64,000 nucleotides of DNA from Mobula birostris (lineage: Eukaryota), in the NCBI RefSeq assembly GCF_030028105.1, contig NC_092397.1, forward strand, positions 31,277,097 through 31,341,096, written 5' to 3'. Below are positions 25,141-36,869 of the stretch, in pieces. The position numbers were made by a program, and so were the translations under genes. Each line of letters begins with the position of its first letter. Within the stretch, counting starts at the first letter, position 1. Below the pieces are notes generated by a model. It was given only the letters and a program-made list of their open reading frames with translations. It had not been told where the DNA came from and ran no database searches.

Positions 25141-28100
25141 TTTATGCGCTGCCATTGTTCAAAAAGGGTAGTGGAAACTACAGGCCCATCAGTCTGTAAT
25201 TTGTTGGAAGAGTTTCTGATGAACAGGATCCACCAAAATTTGGTTTGATTCAAGACAGTCAGCACAGTTTTGTGCAAGGAAAATTATGTCTGGTAATTTC
25301 TTGCAGCCCTTTGAGGGGTTTCACAAGGGTGTAGATGAGGTTAGGGCTGTGGATGTTGTTTATATGGACATTAACCAGGCCTTTGACTATAGTCTGGAAG
25401 GTTAGATCTAGAAACTGGAATCTGGGGAGATAGTTGATCGATTCCATAATTGCCTCGGTGACAGGAGGCAGAGGCTGATGGTTGAGGGTTGTGTCTCAGA
25501 CTGGAGCTGTCTGTCTAGTGGTGTGCCACTGGGTGACAGGACCTTTGTTGTTTGTAATTTATATAAATAATGTCCATGTGAATGTGTAATTCACTGAAAG
25601 TGACGTCTCAGCTAGGTACGGTGGTGAAGATGGGGTTTGATCTGCCGGCCTTCATCATTCATGTCACTGAGTACAAGAGTTGAGAAGAAGTGTTGCAGAT
25701 ACACAAGTCTTTGGTGAGGACTGATTAAAGGAAACCATGCTGACTTTGGCCTATTTTTTCATGTGTTGCCAAGTACCCAAAAATACATCCTTGACAATTG
25801 ACTCCATCATCTTCCCAACCACTGAGATCGGACTAGCTGGCCTATGATTTGCTTTCTTCTGCTTCTCCCTCTTCTTTAAGAGTGGATGACCTTTGCAATT
25901 TTCCTGTTCTCTGGAACCATACCAGAATCCAGAGATTATGGAAAGATTATTACTAAAACTGCCACAATCTCTTCAGCCACATCTTTCATAGCACTGGTGT
26001 AGATAATCTGGTCCAAGTGAATTCTCTACCTTCAGACCTTTCAGATTCCCAAGGACCATCTCCCTAGTAAAGGCAAAATCACTCATTTCTTCCCCCTGAT
26101 TCTCTTGAATTTCCAGCAGACTGCTAATATCGTCCCCAGTGAAGACTGATGCACAATACTTATTCAGATTGTCTGCCATTTTCCTGTACCCCATTACTAC
26201 CTCTCCAGTAACATCTTCCGATGAACCAATATCTACTTTTGCCTCTCTTTTACACTTTGTATATCTGAAGAAACTTTTGGTATACTCTTTAATACCAGTG
26301 GCTAGCTTACCTTCGTATTCTAACTTTTCCCTCCCTTTATGAGTTTTTTTGTTGCTTTTTATTGGTTTTAAAAGTTGTAAATACTCTGAGAGTCAGGGAC
26401 ATCTCGGAGCAGATACAGAACAGGGGGATGGTGTTCATTCAGCCAGAGATGGTGATTCACATTGGTACCAATGGACAGGTAGAAAAGGGATGATGTCCCA
26501 CAGAGAGTTAGGGAAGAAGTTATGGAGCAGAACCTGAAATGTTGTAATCTCCAGTTTACTCCTAGTGCCCTGTGGTGGTAGGGATACAAACAGAAAGTGA
26601 GAGCTGATGAATGTGTGGCTAAGGAGCTGATACAGGGACAGGGTTTCAAGATTACAGAACATTGGAACCTCTTCTGGTGCTGGGGTGACATTTACAAGAG
26701 GGATGGTTTGCAGTTTTACTGGAGGGCGGTCAGGATCATGAAGTTCATTGCTGCGCCCTATGAGGGTTGAAAGAGATTGACAGGGGGATGTGAAATAGAA
26801 CACCAGTCACTGAATGGAGAGATTGAAGCTGAGTTAGATGCCAGGCACAGCAATATGTAACGATGGATTTTGAGGCAAATCCACATCTGACCTGGAGTTT
26901 GTTTAAAGACCAGGGCAGTGTTTCAGGGCCAGTTTTTTCCAGTAAGAGGAAGGGTCAAGGATGGCAAGGTTCAGGAACCTTGGATGATGTGACAGGAAGT
27001 TAATTTAATCAAGGAGGAGGAAGAAGCATAAGTAAGGCTTAGGAATCTGTAATCAAACAGGGTGTTTGAGGACTATATTTAAAAAACAGGGGAACTCAAG
27101 AATGTTTGGACAGCTGGAAACACTGATGAAAAATCTCCGGCAAGTAGGATTGAAGATAATCCCATTGCATTTCGTACATTCGTTGTGGTGAAAAGGATAC
27201 CTAGGGCTGCACCTTGGGAGATCCAACATCAAGGGTGTGTACACAGTTAATGGCAGGAACATTAACAGTATTGACAAAGAGAAGGATGTCGAGGTTCAGA
27301 GACATCGGTTCCCTAAAACTGGGAGCACAGGTTGACAGGGAGGTAAAGTCGGTGTATGGCATGGTTACCTTCATCAGGCAAGGCACTGAGTTCAAGCCCC
27401 AGGACATGATGTTACAGGTTTATAAAATGCTGGTTAGGCCACATTGAGAGTATAGTGTTCAGTTCTGATCACCTCATTATAGGAAGCATGTGGAGGGTTT
27501 GGAGCAGGATGTCTGGAGGAGGTGTGCGCTGAGGAGAGGCTCGACGTGCTGAAACCTTTTGCTTCTGGAGTGGCGTCGGCTCAGGAGAGATTTGATAGAA
27601 ACCTGTGGAATTTTGTGGTCATAGTTGGTGTAGACAGCCAGTAATATTTTTCACAGAAGGCATGTATTTAAGCTCAGAGGAAGAAAGTGAAGACAACAGA
27701 TTGATGGAGACATGGAATGCACTGTCAGGGGTGTTGGCAGAGGCAGAGGCAGAGAGCACAGGAGTATTTAAGGAAATTTAGACAGTCACAAGAATATGTA
27801 GAGAAGGGCCAAAGGGCCACTCCTGTACTGTCCTTTGTTCTCTGAACAGCAGATGGCCCCTGGGCATGGATCCGTGCAGGAGACTGGGATATTATATCCC
27901 CAACAGAAAAATGATTGTCGGAGGGGCAGGACCGGCAGATCAGTTTCACAATACAAATGCTACAGGTACGATGGAGTGGAGGGGAGAGAGATGGAGAGAT
28001 GTGTTTGACCAGAGAGAACATCTCAGTGGTACTTAGAGAAGACATCCCTGGGGATTGCCGCATCATGTATACTGGGACTGCCGCACTGCAAAAGGGTTGG

Positions 28101-28219
28101 TGGCGCAGAATTTATTCTGTGTGTCCAGTTTTATCAATCAGTATTTAGAAGTTCCTATTAGAGACAGGACAGCACTGAACCTCCTTGTCGATCCATCCAC
28201 CCCCTCCCTTTTCTTCCTG

Positions 28220-28276
28220 GCACAAACAAAAGTCTGTATCAGAGCGACCCACCGCCTCACAGAGGGAGCCGTGTCT
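28220..28276 (+). pseudogene. Orphan H4-type 3' processing region with broken stem-loop
   Basis: GCACAAACAAAAGTCTGTATCAGAGCGACCCACCGCCTCACAGAGGGAGCCGT aligns with H4 3' end 16140-16193; no CDS upstream. Confidence 0.75.
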
Positions 28277-28823
28277 CGGGAGATCTGACCAAACTGACCC
28301 CGTCTTTGCAAATGTTCATTTATATTTCAGAGACCCAGGCGCACGAGATTTTCAGTAAATACTGTCAGTTCCATATGGTAAATGTACTTTTGTAGATAAA
28401 TGTGAAGCTGCAAATCAATATTGTTCTGTGAGGCGGTGGGAATTGCTCATGAAGCGATCAGCGGAACGGTCCAGGGTCAACCCGCAATGTGAAACCCAGA
28501 CAACGCGGTTTCAGGTCATGAAGACCGGAATCGTTCAATGATCGGAGATTAAATTCACCCTCCGGGGGTTGACTCTGAAAGTTAATTTCCCCGCCCCGCA
28601 AGGGGAGAGAGCTCCATTCAGCCAGCAGAGACGGGAAATGAGTCAGGGCGAAGCGGACCGCGTACTCTGCAGACTTATACCGATTTAATTCGCGGAAGAA
28701 ACACGACGGAAGGAGAGAAAACGTTACCAGAGATGCCTCCGATCGGGGCCGTGTCAGATACACAGCCGAGTTACTCCGAACGGTAATCACCCGCTGTTCA
28801 GCCCTTCCACAGACACTGTGAGT

Positions 28824-28839
28824 GGCTCTGAAAAGAGCC
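28824..28839 (-). terminator. Histone 3' stem-loop of H2A
   Basis: Reverse complement GGCTCTTTTCAGAGCC. Confidence 0.95.
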
Positions 28840-28869
28840 TTTGGGTAAATAGGTTCAGTTTACGTCGCC

Positions 28870-29430
<561 letters not shown>

Positions 29431-30048
29431 GAGCCCGTAAAGGTAGAAGCGCGCAGTGTAACCATCTCCTCCCCAAAGTACTCTGAAAATTGGAAAAAGC
29501 CCGCCAAAAAAACTCATTGTTCAAATTTAATCTGAAACTAAATCATTGCTGATCTGTTTGAGGACTGGGTCTTCGTATTTCCCCCTGTTACTGAAACCGG
29601 GCACATTTAATGTAAGTGTAGTTGATAATGGAGTGTCTGGGCACTCAAATTTCTTTCAACTCGGAAAGGAACCGAGTAAATCTGACACTCAGCTTCTGCC
29701 CGGTGCCGGTCATTGTGTAAACGTTAGCAGGTTATGGACAAACTGTGACCAGCGGCTAGTCTGCAATTTTTTTTTTTTTAAAAACTGTTGTATGAAAGAA
29801 CCGTGAAGTCGTTCCGGCCTCGAATTAAAATGAGATTAAGAGAAGTTACCTAACTCCAACTAATAAACTCCTGAACCCACAGCTAAAACAGCAATGGGAG
29901 TGGGAGGAATGTTAAACACCAGGATTATAGAGGGAAGATGAAGCGGATATTCCAACCGCTCTTTAGCTCCTGTAAAAGTCACCACACATAAAACGTGCGC
30001 CATGTATTGCCTAAATGCTAGTACAATTCTCTCAGTGAAATCGTGAGT

Positions 30049-30064
30049 GGCTCTTAAAAGAGCC
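30049..30064 (-). terminator. Histone 3' stem-loop of H2B copy 1
   Basis: Reverse complement GGCTCTTTTAAGAGCC. Confidence 0.95.
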
Positions 30065-30095
30065 GTTGTGTTTCCGATCATCTCACTGGGGAGCT

Positions 30096-30470
30096 TTACT
30101 TGGAGCTGGTGTACTTGGTCACCGCCTTTGTCCCTTCGGAAACGGCGTGCTTGGCCAGCTCCCCGGGCAGCAGCAGGCGCACGGCGGTCTGGATCTCCCG
30201 TGAGGTGATGGTTGACCGCTTGTTGTAATGGGCCAGGCGGGAAGCCTCGCCCCCGATGCGCTCGAAGATGTCGTTGACGAATGAATTCATGATGCTCATG
30301 GCCTTGGAGGAGATGCCAGTATCGGGGTGAACCTGCTTCATCACTTTGTAGATGTAGATGGAGTAACTCTCCTTCCTCAGCCTCTTGCGCTTCTTCCCTG
30401 CCTTACCCGCTGGTTTGGGCAGAGTTTTCTTGGCGCCCTTCTTCGGAGCGGGTTTCGCTGTCTCAGGCAT
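30096..30470 (-). CDS. H2B: Histone H2B copy 1 (124 aa)
   Basis: [15 protein letters not shown]...AVTKYTSSK; ATG at 30470. Confidence 0.98.
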   Translation of the reverse strand: MPETAKPAPKKGAKKTLPKPAGKAGKKRKRLRKESYSIYIYKVMKQVHPDTGISSKAMSIMNSFVNDIFERIGGEASRLAHYNKRSTITSREIQTAVRLLLPGELAKHAVSEGTKAVTKYTSSK

Positions 30471-30523
30471 TTCAGCTGACCGCTTCAGAACCACAAATAA
30501 GCAAAACGGGCTCGGAGCACGAA

Positions 30524-30660
30524 TTAAATAGGCAGCGCCCAGAGGTGTATGCAAATGAGGGATGGGATGCCTATGTTTCACAATGGCTATTTGAAGTAAC
30601 GTTCATGCAGTAAGATAATTTGATTGGATAGCTAAAGGAATTCGTTCAACCAATCAGAAC
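30524..30660 (-). promoter_or_regulatory. H2B promoter: TATTTAA, octamer ATTTGCAT (30549-30556), CCAAT boxes
   Basis: Canonical H2B octamer just upstream of the TATA-like box; ATTGG ~30623, CCAAT ~30650. Confidence 0.85.
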
Positions 30661-30864
30661 TCGTTCTGCACTACCCAGTGTTCGTTTTGGGTAACGCCGT
30701 GGACTGGGAACTGTCGCCGATGTGGTGAGTTGCTGCTGCCGGTTAATTCCGCAGGAAGGAAATCTAAAATACAAAATGGACCAACTACAGCGGCAGTATT
30801 CGGTCATTCGGCCCGTCGTATCTGCTAGAAAAGCAGATGGAATGAGGAAAACACACAGTTAATA

Positions 30865-32252
30865 GCCTAACGTCGGTGGTGGGGAAACTGCTGGAGTCAG
30901 TTATCAAGGATGTGATAACAACACATTTGGAAAGCGGTGAAATGATCGGACAAAGTCAGCATGGATTTGTGAAAAGAAAATCATGTCTGACGAATCTCAT
31001 AGAATTTTTTGAGGATGTAACTGGTAGAGTGGATAGGGGAGAACCAGTAGATGTGGTATATTTGGATTTTCAGAAGGCTTTTGACAAGGTCCCACACAGG
31101 AGATTAGTGTGCAAACTTAAAGCACACGGTATTGGGGGTAAGGTATTGCTGTGAGTGGAGAGTTGGTTAGCAGACAGGAAGCAAAGAGTGGGATTAAACG
31201 GGACCTTTTCAGAATGGCAGGCGGTGACTAGTGGGGTACCGCAAGGCTCAGTGCTGGGACCCCAGTTGTTTACAATATATATTAATGACTTGGATGAGGG
31301 AATTAAATGCAGCATCTCCAAGTTTGCAGATGACACGAAGCTAGGTGGCAGTGTTAGCTGTGAGGAGGATGCTAAGAGGATGCAGGGCGACTTGGATAGG
31401 TTGGGTGAGTGGGCAAATTCATGGCAGATGCAATTTAATGTGGATAAATGTGAAGCTATCCACTTTGGTGGCAAAAATAGGAAAACAGATTATTATCTGA
31501 ATGGTGGCCGATTAGGAAAAGGGGAGGTGCAACGAGACCTGGGTGTCATTATACACCAGTCATTGAAAGTGGGCATGCAGGTACAGCAGATGGTGAAAAA
31601 GGCGAATGGTATGCTGGCATTTATAGCGAGAGGATTTGAGTACAGGAGCAGGGAGGTACTACTGCAGTTGTACAAGGCCTTGGTGAGACCACACCTGGAG
31701 TATTGTGTGCAGTTTTGGTCCCCTAATCTGAGGAAAGACATCCTTACCATAGAGGGAGTACAGAGAAGGTTCACCAGATTGATTCCTGGGATGGCAGGAC
31801 TTTCATATGAAGAAAGAATGGATGAACTGGGCTTGTACTCGTTGGAATTTAGAAGATTGAGGGGGGATCTGATTGAAACGTATAAGATCCTAAAGGGATT
31901 GGACAGGCTAGATGCAGGAAGATTGTTCCCGATGTTGGGGAAGTCCAGAACAAGGGGTCACAGTTTGAGGATAAAGAGGAAGCCTTTTAGGACCGAGATT
32001 AGGAAAAACTTCTTCACACAGAGAGTGGTGAATCTGTGGAATTCTCTGCCACAGGAAACCGTTGAGGCCAGTTCATTGGCTATATTTAAGAGGGAGTTAG
32101 ACATGGCCCTTGTGGCTATGGGGGTCAGGGGGTATGGAGGGAAGGCTGGGGCGGTGTTCTGAGTTGGATGATCAGCCATGATCATAATAAATGGCGGTGC
32201 AGGCTCAAAGGGCCGAATGGCCTACTCCTGCACCTATTTTCTATGTTTCTAT
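30865..32252 (+). mobile_element. Young 5'-truncated CR1 LINE, RT domain to 3' tail
   Basis: QHGFVK..SCLTNL, YLDFQKAFDKVPH, GVPQGSVLGP, KFADDTK; one in-frame TGA at 31152-31154; ends TTTTCTATGTTTCTAT. Confidence 0.96.
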
Positions 32253-32651
32253 AATATGAAACGTTTATGTAATGAAACAGGACAGCAGGAGACCGAAGGT
32301 CAAATGGACCAGGTGAAAGATAAATTTACTGCAGCAGCATCATAAACACATAGTATCCACAATACAGTGCTCACAAGAACTAAACTGCTGTACAGAATTG
32401 TAAAAAGAGAAGAGAATTAGCAGTTAGTCCTGCCGAAGGTTCTCGGCCCAAAATGTCGACTGTACCTCTTTCCTAGAGATGCTGCCTGGCCTGCTGCCTT
32501 CACCAGCAACTTTGATGTGTGTTGCAGAGAATTTGAACGAGTCTCAAGACAGTCCACTGCAGTGTAAATTGATCAAAGTGGTGCTGTCTTGAGTTGGGGA
32601 GGAGCGTTGTTCGGGTTTGTTAAAGTACGTAATGTCTGTACATTATGTACA

Positions 32652-32830
32652 GGGTTCATTCTGTACCCGTCAGTCTCTGGTACAGTGTGAGAGTGTGGGG
32701 TTCATTCTGTACCCGTCAGTCTCTGGTACAGTGTGAGAGTGTGGGGTTCATTTTCTACCTGTCAGCCTCTGGTACAGTGTGAGAGTGTGGGGTTCATTCT
32801 GTACCTGTCAGTTTCTGGTACAGTGTGGGA
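32652..32830 (+). repeat. 46-bp tandem repeat, ~4 copies
   Basis: GGGTTCATTCTGTACCCGTCAGTCTCTGGTACAGTGTGAGAGTGTG; TTCATT at 32655, 32701, 32747, 32793. Confidence 0.92.
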
Positions 32831-32949
32831 GTTGGTACTTGGCACTGTGTCTCCCAGTCTCTCATGCAATGCAAATGTAGAAACTTCTTTCAGATTCATC
32901 CTCACACTTGAATTCTTTTTAGCTTTTTAAACAATATCACACAATGCGA

Positions 32950-33375
32950 TGTGGCCACACATTTGTTGGAGGAACAACACCTTATGGGTGGCTTCCAACC
33001 TGACGGCATGAACATCGAACTCTCGCATTTCTGGTAATGCCTCCCACACCCCCCCCTTCACCATTTCCCATCATCTTGCCCACCCACCATCTCCCTCTGG
33101 TGCTCCTCCCCCCTTTTCTTTCTTCCATGGCCTCCTGTCTCTTTCACTAATCAACTTCCCAGCCCCCTACAGGTTTCACCCGCACCTTATTTTCTCTCTC
33201 CCCTTCCCCACCTTTTAAATCTACTCCTCAGATTTTCTCCTAAGTACTGCCGAAGGGTTTTGTCCCAAAACAGTGGCTGTGTTTTTTTTCTATAGATGCT
33301 GCCTGACCCGCTGAGTTTGTTCAGCATTTGTGTGTGTGGCTTGATTTCCAGCAACTGTAGATTTTCTCCTGTTTG
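32950..33375 (+). mobile_element. Penelope-like element 3' end with degenerate hammerhead-like motif
   Basis: GAGGAACAACACCTT..CAACCTGACGGCATGAACATCGA, pyrimidine tract, then GATGCTGCCTGACCCGCTGAGTT repeat end. Confidence 0.7.
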
Positions 33376-34661
33376 TGACACAATGCTGTACATCAGTATC
33401 TCAGTGATGATGTGTCTGGTTACGTTGTACTAATCTGAATGGACTTTGGAGCAGAGCATCCAGAGTAACAAGCCCAGACCATTCAACCCAACTCTGGTCT
33501 TGTGATAAATGTGTAACTTTCCTCGAGTTTCGGTGTGGGAAGGTTTGAATGGTGTGTATCGTGTAGCAAAATTTGAACTGATAGGATTGAGAATGATTTT
33601 GACTGTAGATATGTAACCAGTGTGTCCACAGTGATCAGTGATGGGACCTTTGTTTGATCAGATTAAAACACACATGGACAGATCAGATCGCTGATGACAC
33701 GAATGTTGGTATAGTTGTGGGTGGTGAGGAAGGTTGTCAAATGGACAGAAGTGGATATAGATCAATTGGAATCATGGATGGAGAAATGGGGGAAATGGAT
33801 TTTAATCTGGACAAGTGTGAGGAGTTTTACAGGTAAAATGTCGTAAGAAACTCCACAGTAAATGGCAGCACCCTTAGGAGCACTAATACACGAGAGAACT
33901 TGATGTGTTTCTCTGTATTATCTTGCAAGTGTCACTAAAAGGAAGTAAACTGCTCTAAAGGTCACAGAGGGGGAGCAGTAAGAGGATTCAGTGGGGGGTG
34001 GGGTCACCGTAGGGTAATGTCATGGCTGGAAATGTGCGTAATTAATGACCACTGACATTCTGTTGTGTTTCTCTTTTAGAAGCTGGACTGCTGTTATGAT
34101 GTAAGTATGTGAAGTTTTTTTTTTAAACTGCTTTATGTTTCTGTATTTGGAGGACAATAAATGAGTTGTTATGGTTTTCCTGAAACAGAAAATGCCTCAT
34201 GCCATTTTATTTGTAAAAGTCTTCACACTGCAAGAATACCGCAGTGTCAATCTGCACCAAGAAAACCTGATCACATTCTCTTGAGGGTTAATGGCATTGC
34301 TGACTCTGAATTTACTGCCGTCGAATGCCAGCAGGGTCACAATCAGCAGAAACTCTCACAAAGCAGCTCTGTTTGTATTGTGTGCTTAGTAGGTCTGTGG
34401 GAGATACCCAGAATGTGAAGCTATAAGTAATGGAGAGAGACACACTGAGCCAAGTCACAGCTTGATGGGCAGAGATGAAAACAGAGAATTTGATGTTGTG
34501 TCCTTATGCCTGAACTATGCCCAGTTAGAAGTGTTGTTCCTCCGGACAGTGTTCAGCCTCACTGTAACAGTGTGACATCAGACATCAACATGAAAACCAA
34601 AATAATCTCAGCTGAGATATATTCTTTTTCACCTGTTGATCTTCTTTGCAAACATTTTACA

Positions 34662-35255
34662 GGCAGAAAAGGCAAAGAATTTCTGTCTGAGAATCTCAAA
34701 TGCAACAGCGTGTCACTTCTGCTGTGTCTGTCGGTTCCCCAGCATTTGAATGCTACCAATCACTGAATATGAAGGGAGAGATGGTTGAGAAGACAGCACA
34801 CCAGAGTCCCAATACGTGGACTTGTCCATGGACTGACCTGATAAATGGCCATAGAGTTGATACCAGTGAGTTGGCGTTCACCGCCTCTCATTTTGGAAGG
34901 GATTCACCAGGCCACTGCACCTGCAGATACACCAGCAAGTTCACACGGGGAGAGGCCATTCACCTGCTCCATGGCAGACGGGATTCATTCAGTCACATGA
35001 GCTATTAAAACACCAGCCAGTTCACACCGGTGAGCAGCTAGACTTGGCTCTGTTGTCTCTGTCTCTCAGTATAGCTTCACACCTGTTCCAAGTGTGGGAG
35101 GAGATTCATTCAGTTCACCCACCGTGTGAGGCTCCAGTGAGTTTACAATTCATAGAGGACACACTTCTGTCCTGAGTCAGCAAAGAAATTTACTCAAGTC
35201 ATCCCACCTGCTGAAACACCAGCAACTTCACATCAGGGAGGAAGTTATAATAAGC
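34662..35255 (+). pseudogene. Decayed C2H2 zinc-finger terminal exon
   Basis: Acceptor TTTTACAG at ~34661; linker-coding CACCAGCAAGTTCACACGGG-AGAGGCCATTCACCTGCTCC (HQQVHTGERPFTCS with frameshift), further CACACCGG, TTCACACCTGTTCCAAGTGTGGG and CTGCTGAAACACCAGCAACTTCACA units; many stops and frameshifts. Confidence 0.75.
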
Positions 35256-36299
35256 TGTATATGGGACTGTTAATGTCAGATTCCACAGATATTGTGGCTG
35301 GTCATCAGACCCAGGACTGAACCCTGGTCACTGAGCATTGAGGGGGTTCATCCCACCATCTTAAAATACACTGATGTTTAATATTGTGGATCTGTCATAG
35401 ACAAATAGATCAATTTCATTTCAAATCCTGTGTCTCATGTGCTTCCTCCCTGTCACACTGATAATGAACAGTCGAGAGGCCACCCAGTCCAGCTGGTACC
35501 TGCTTGTGTTCCTATTGCACACCAGAGCTTTCAACCCCATCCCTGCCGTTCACCACTAACTCACCCTATAATGTTCAGGATGTAACTGGTCACCGGTCTG
35601 GGGATGAAGAGGTTTACCTTGAATTCACTCCACGACTTTCTGTAAACTGCAGAGGATTAATTTACTGTGGTTTTCTCCCAAATATTCCTCATCCCTCACA
35701 GCTCTGGACCAAGGCTGAAGTCTTGTGTTGTTAAAATCTTCCTGTCCCGCTCTGTTCATTGTTTTGTGTCATTTTCACTGATTTCGAAGGGCTGTGCCTC
35801 ACATTGCCGGGCTGTTGCAATACAACACTCTCCTCTAAAGTACGACAGCAGAATGGTGGAGCAGAAACAAGAGGGGTCAGCACAAATGAGGGCTTTGGAG
35901 CTCCAGATGTGATGGAGGCTCGAGTTTACGTAGAGTAGAAGGAGGGAATCAGACCAGGAGGATGAGGCTGCAAATGAAAGTTCAGCAACATTTGGAAACT
36001 GATTGACTGAAAAAAGAGGTTTATGTTTGCAAAGTACTGGAGGGACTCAGTGCCCCCCAGCAGCATCTGTGCAGACAAATAAATAGTTGATATTATGGGC
36101 CAAGACACTTCATCCTATCTAGACTGTTTATTCCTCTGTTTAGCTGCTGCCTGACCTGCTGAGTTCCCGCAGTACTTTGTGTGTGTCACTTTACAGTTTA
36201 TTCCCAGCATCTGCTGAACCTCGAGTTTCATATCCGCATTTCTAAATGAGTGAGACTGTGACAGTTGTCATACAAAATGCTTGTTGACATTGAGTAATA

Positions 36300-36832
36300 A
36301 ACAGGAGAAAATCTGCAGATGCTGGAAATCCAAGGAACACACACAACATGCTGGAGAAACTCTGCAGGCCAGGCAGCATCTGTGGATAAAAGTACAGCTG
36401 ACGTTTTGGGCCGAGATTCTTCAGCAGGACTGGAGAAAAAACAATGAGGAGTAAATTTTAAAGGTGGCGGAGGGGAGAGAGAAACACAAAGTGACAGATG
36501 GAACTGGGAGGGGGAGGGATGAAGTAAAGAGCTGGGAAGTTGTTTGGTGAAAGAGATACAGGGCTGGAGAAGGGGGAATCTGAAAGGAGAGAACAGAAGG
36601 CCATGGATGAAAGAAAAGGGGGGAGGAACACCAGAGGGAGGCGATGGGCAGGCAATGAGAGGTAAAGGGGGATTGGGAATGATGAGCGAGGGGGGGCATG
36701 ACTGGAAGATCAAGAAGTCGATGTTCATGCCATCAGATTGGAGGCTGCCCAGACAGAATACAAGGTGTTGTTCCTCCTACCTGAGTGTGGCCTCATTGCA
36801 ACAGTATACGAGGCCATGGATTGACGTCTCCA
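36300..36832 (-). mobile_element. Penelope-like element 3' end (endonuclease C-terminus plus terminal repeat)
   Basis: - strand VSIHGLVYCCNEATLR*EEQHLVFCLGSLQSDGMNIDF followed by repeat with GTCCTGCTGAAG..CGGCCCAAAACGTC. Confidence 0.75.
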
Positions 36833-36869
36833 TTGAGTATACTGTTTGTGGAAGCTTGCTGTGTTAAAG

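Noticed and set aside
31152-31154. In-frame TGA in CR1 ORF2 as programmed readthrough or selenocysteine
   Set aside because: Simplest explanation is a TGG-to-TGA mutation in a 5'-truncated dead copy
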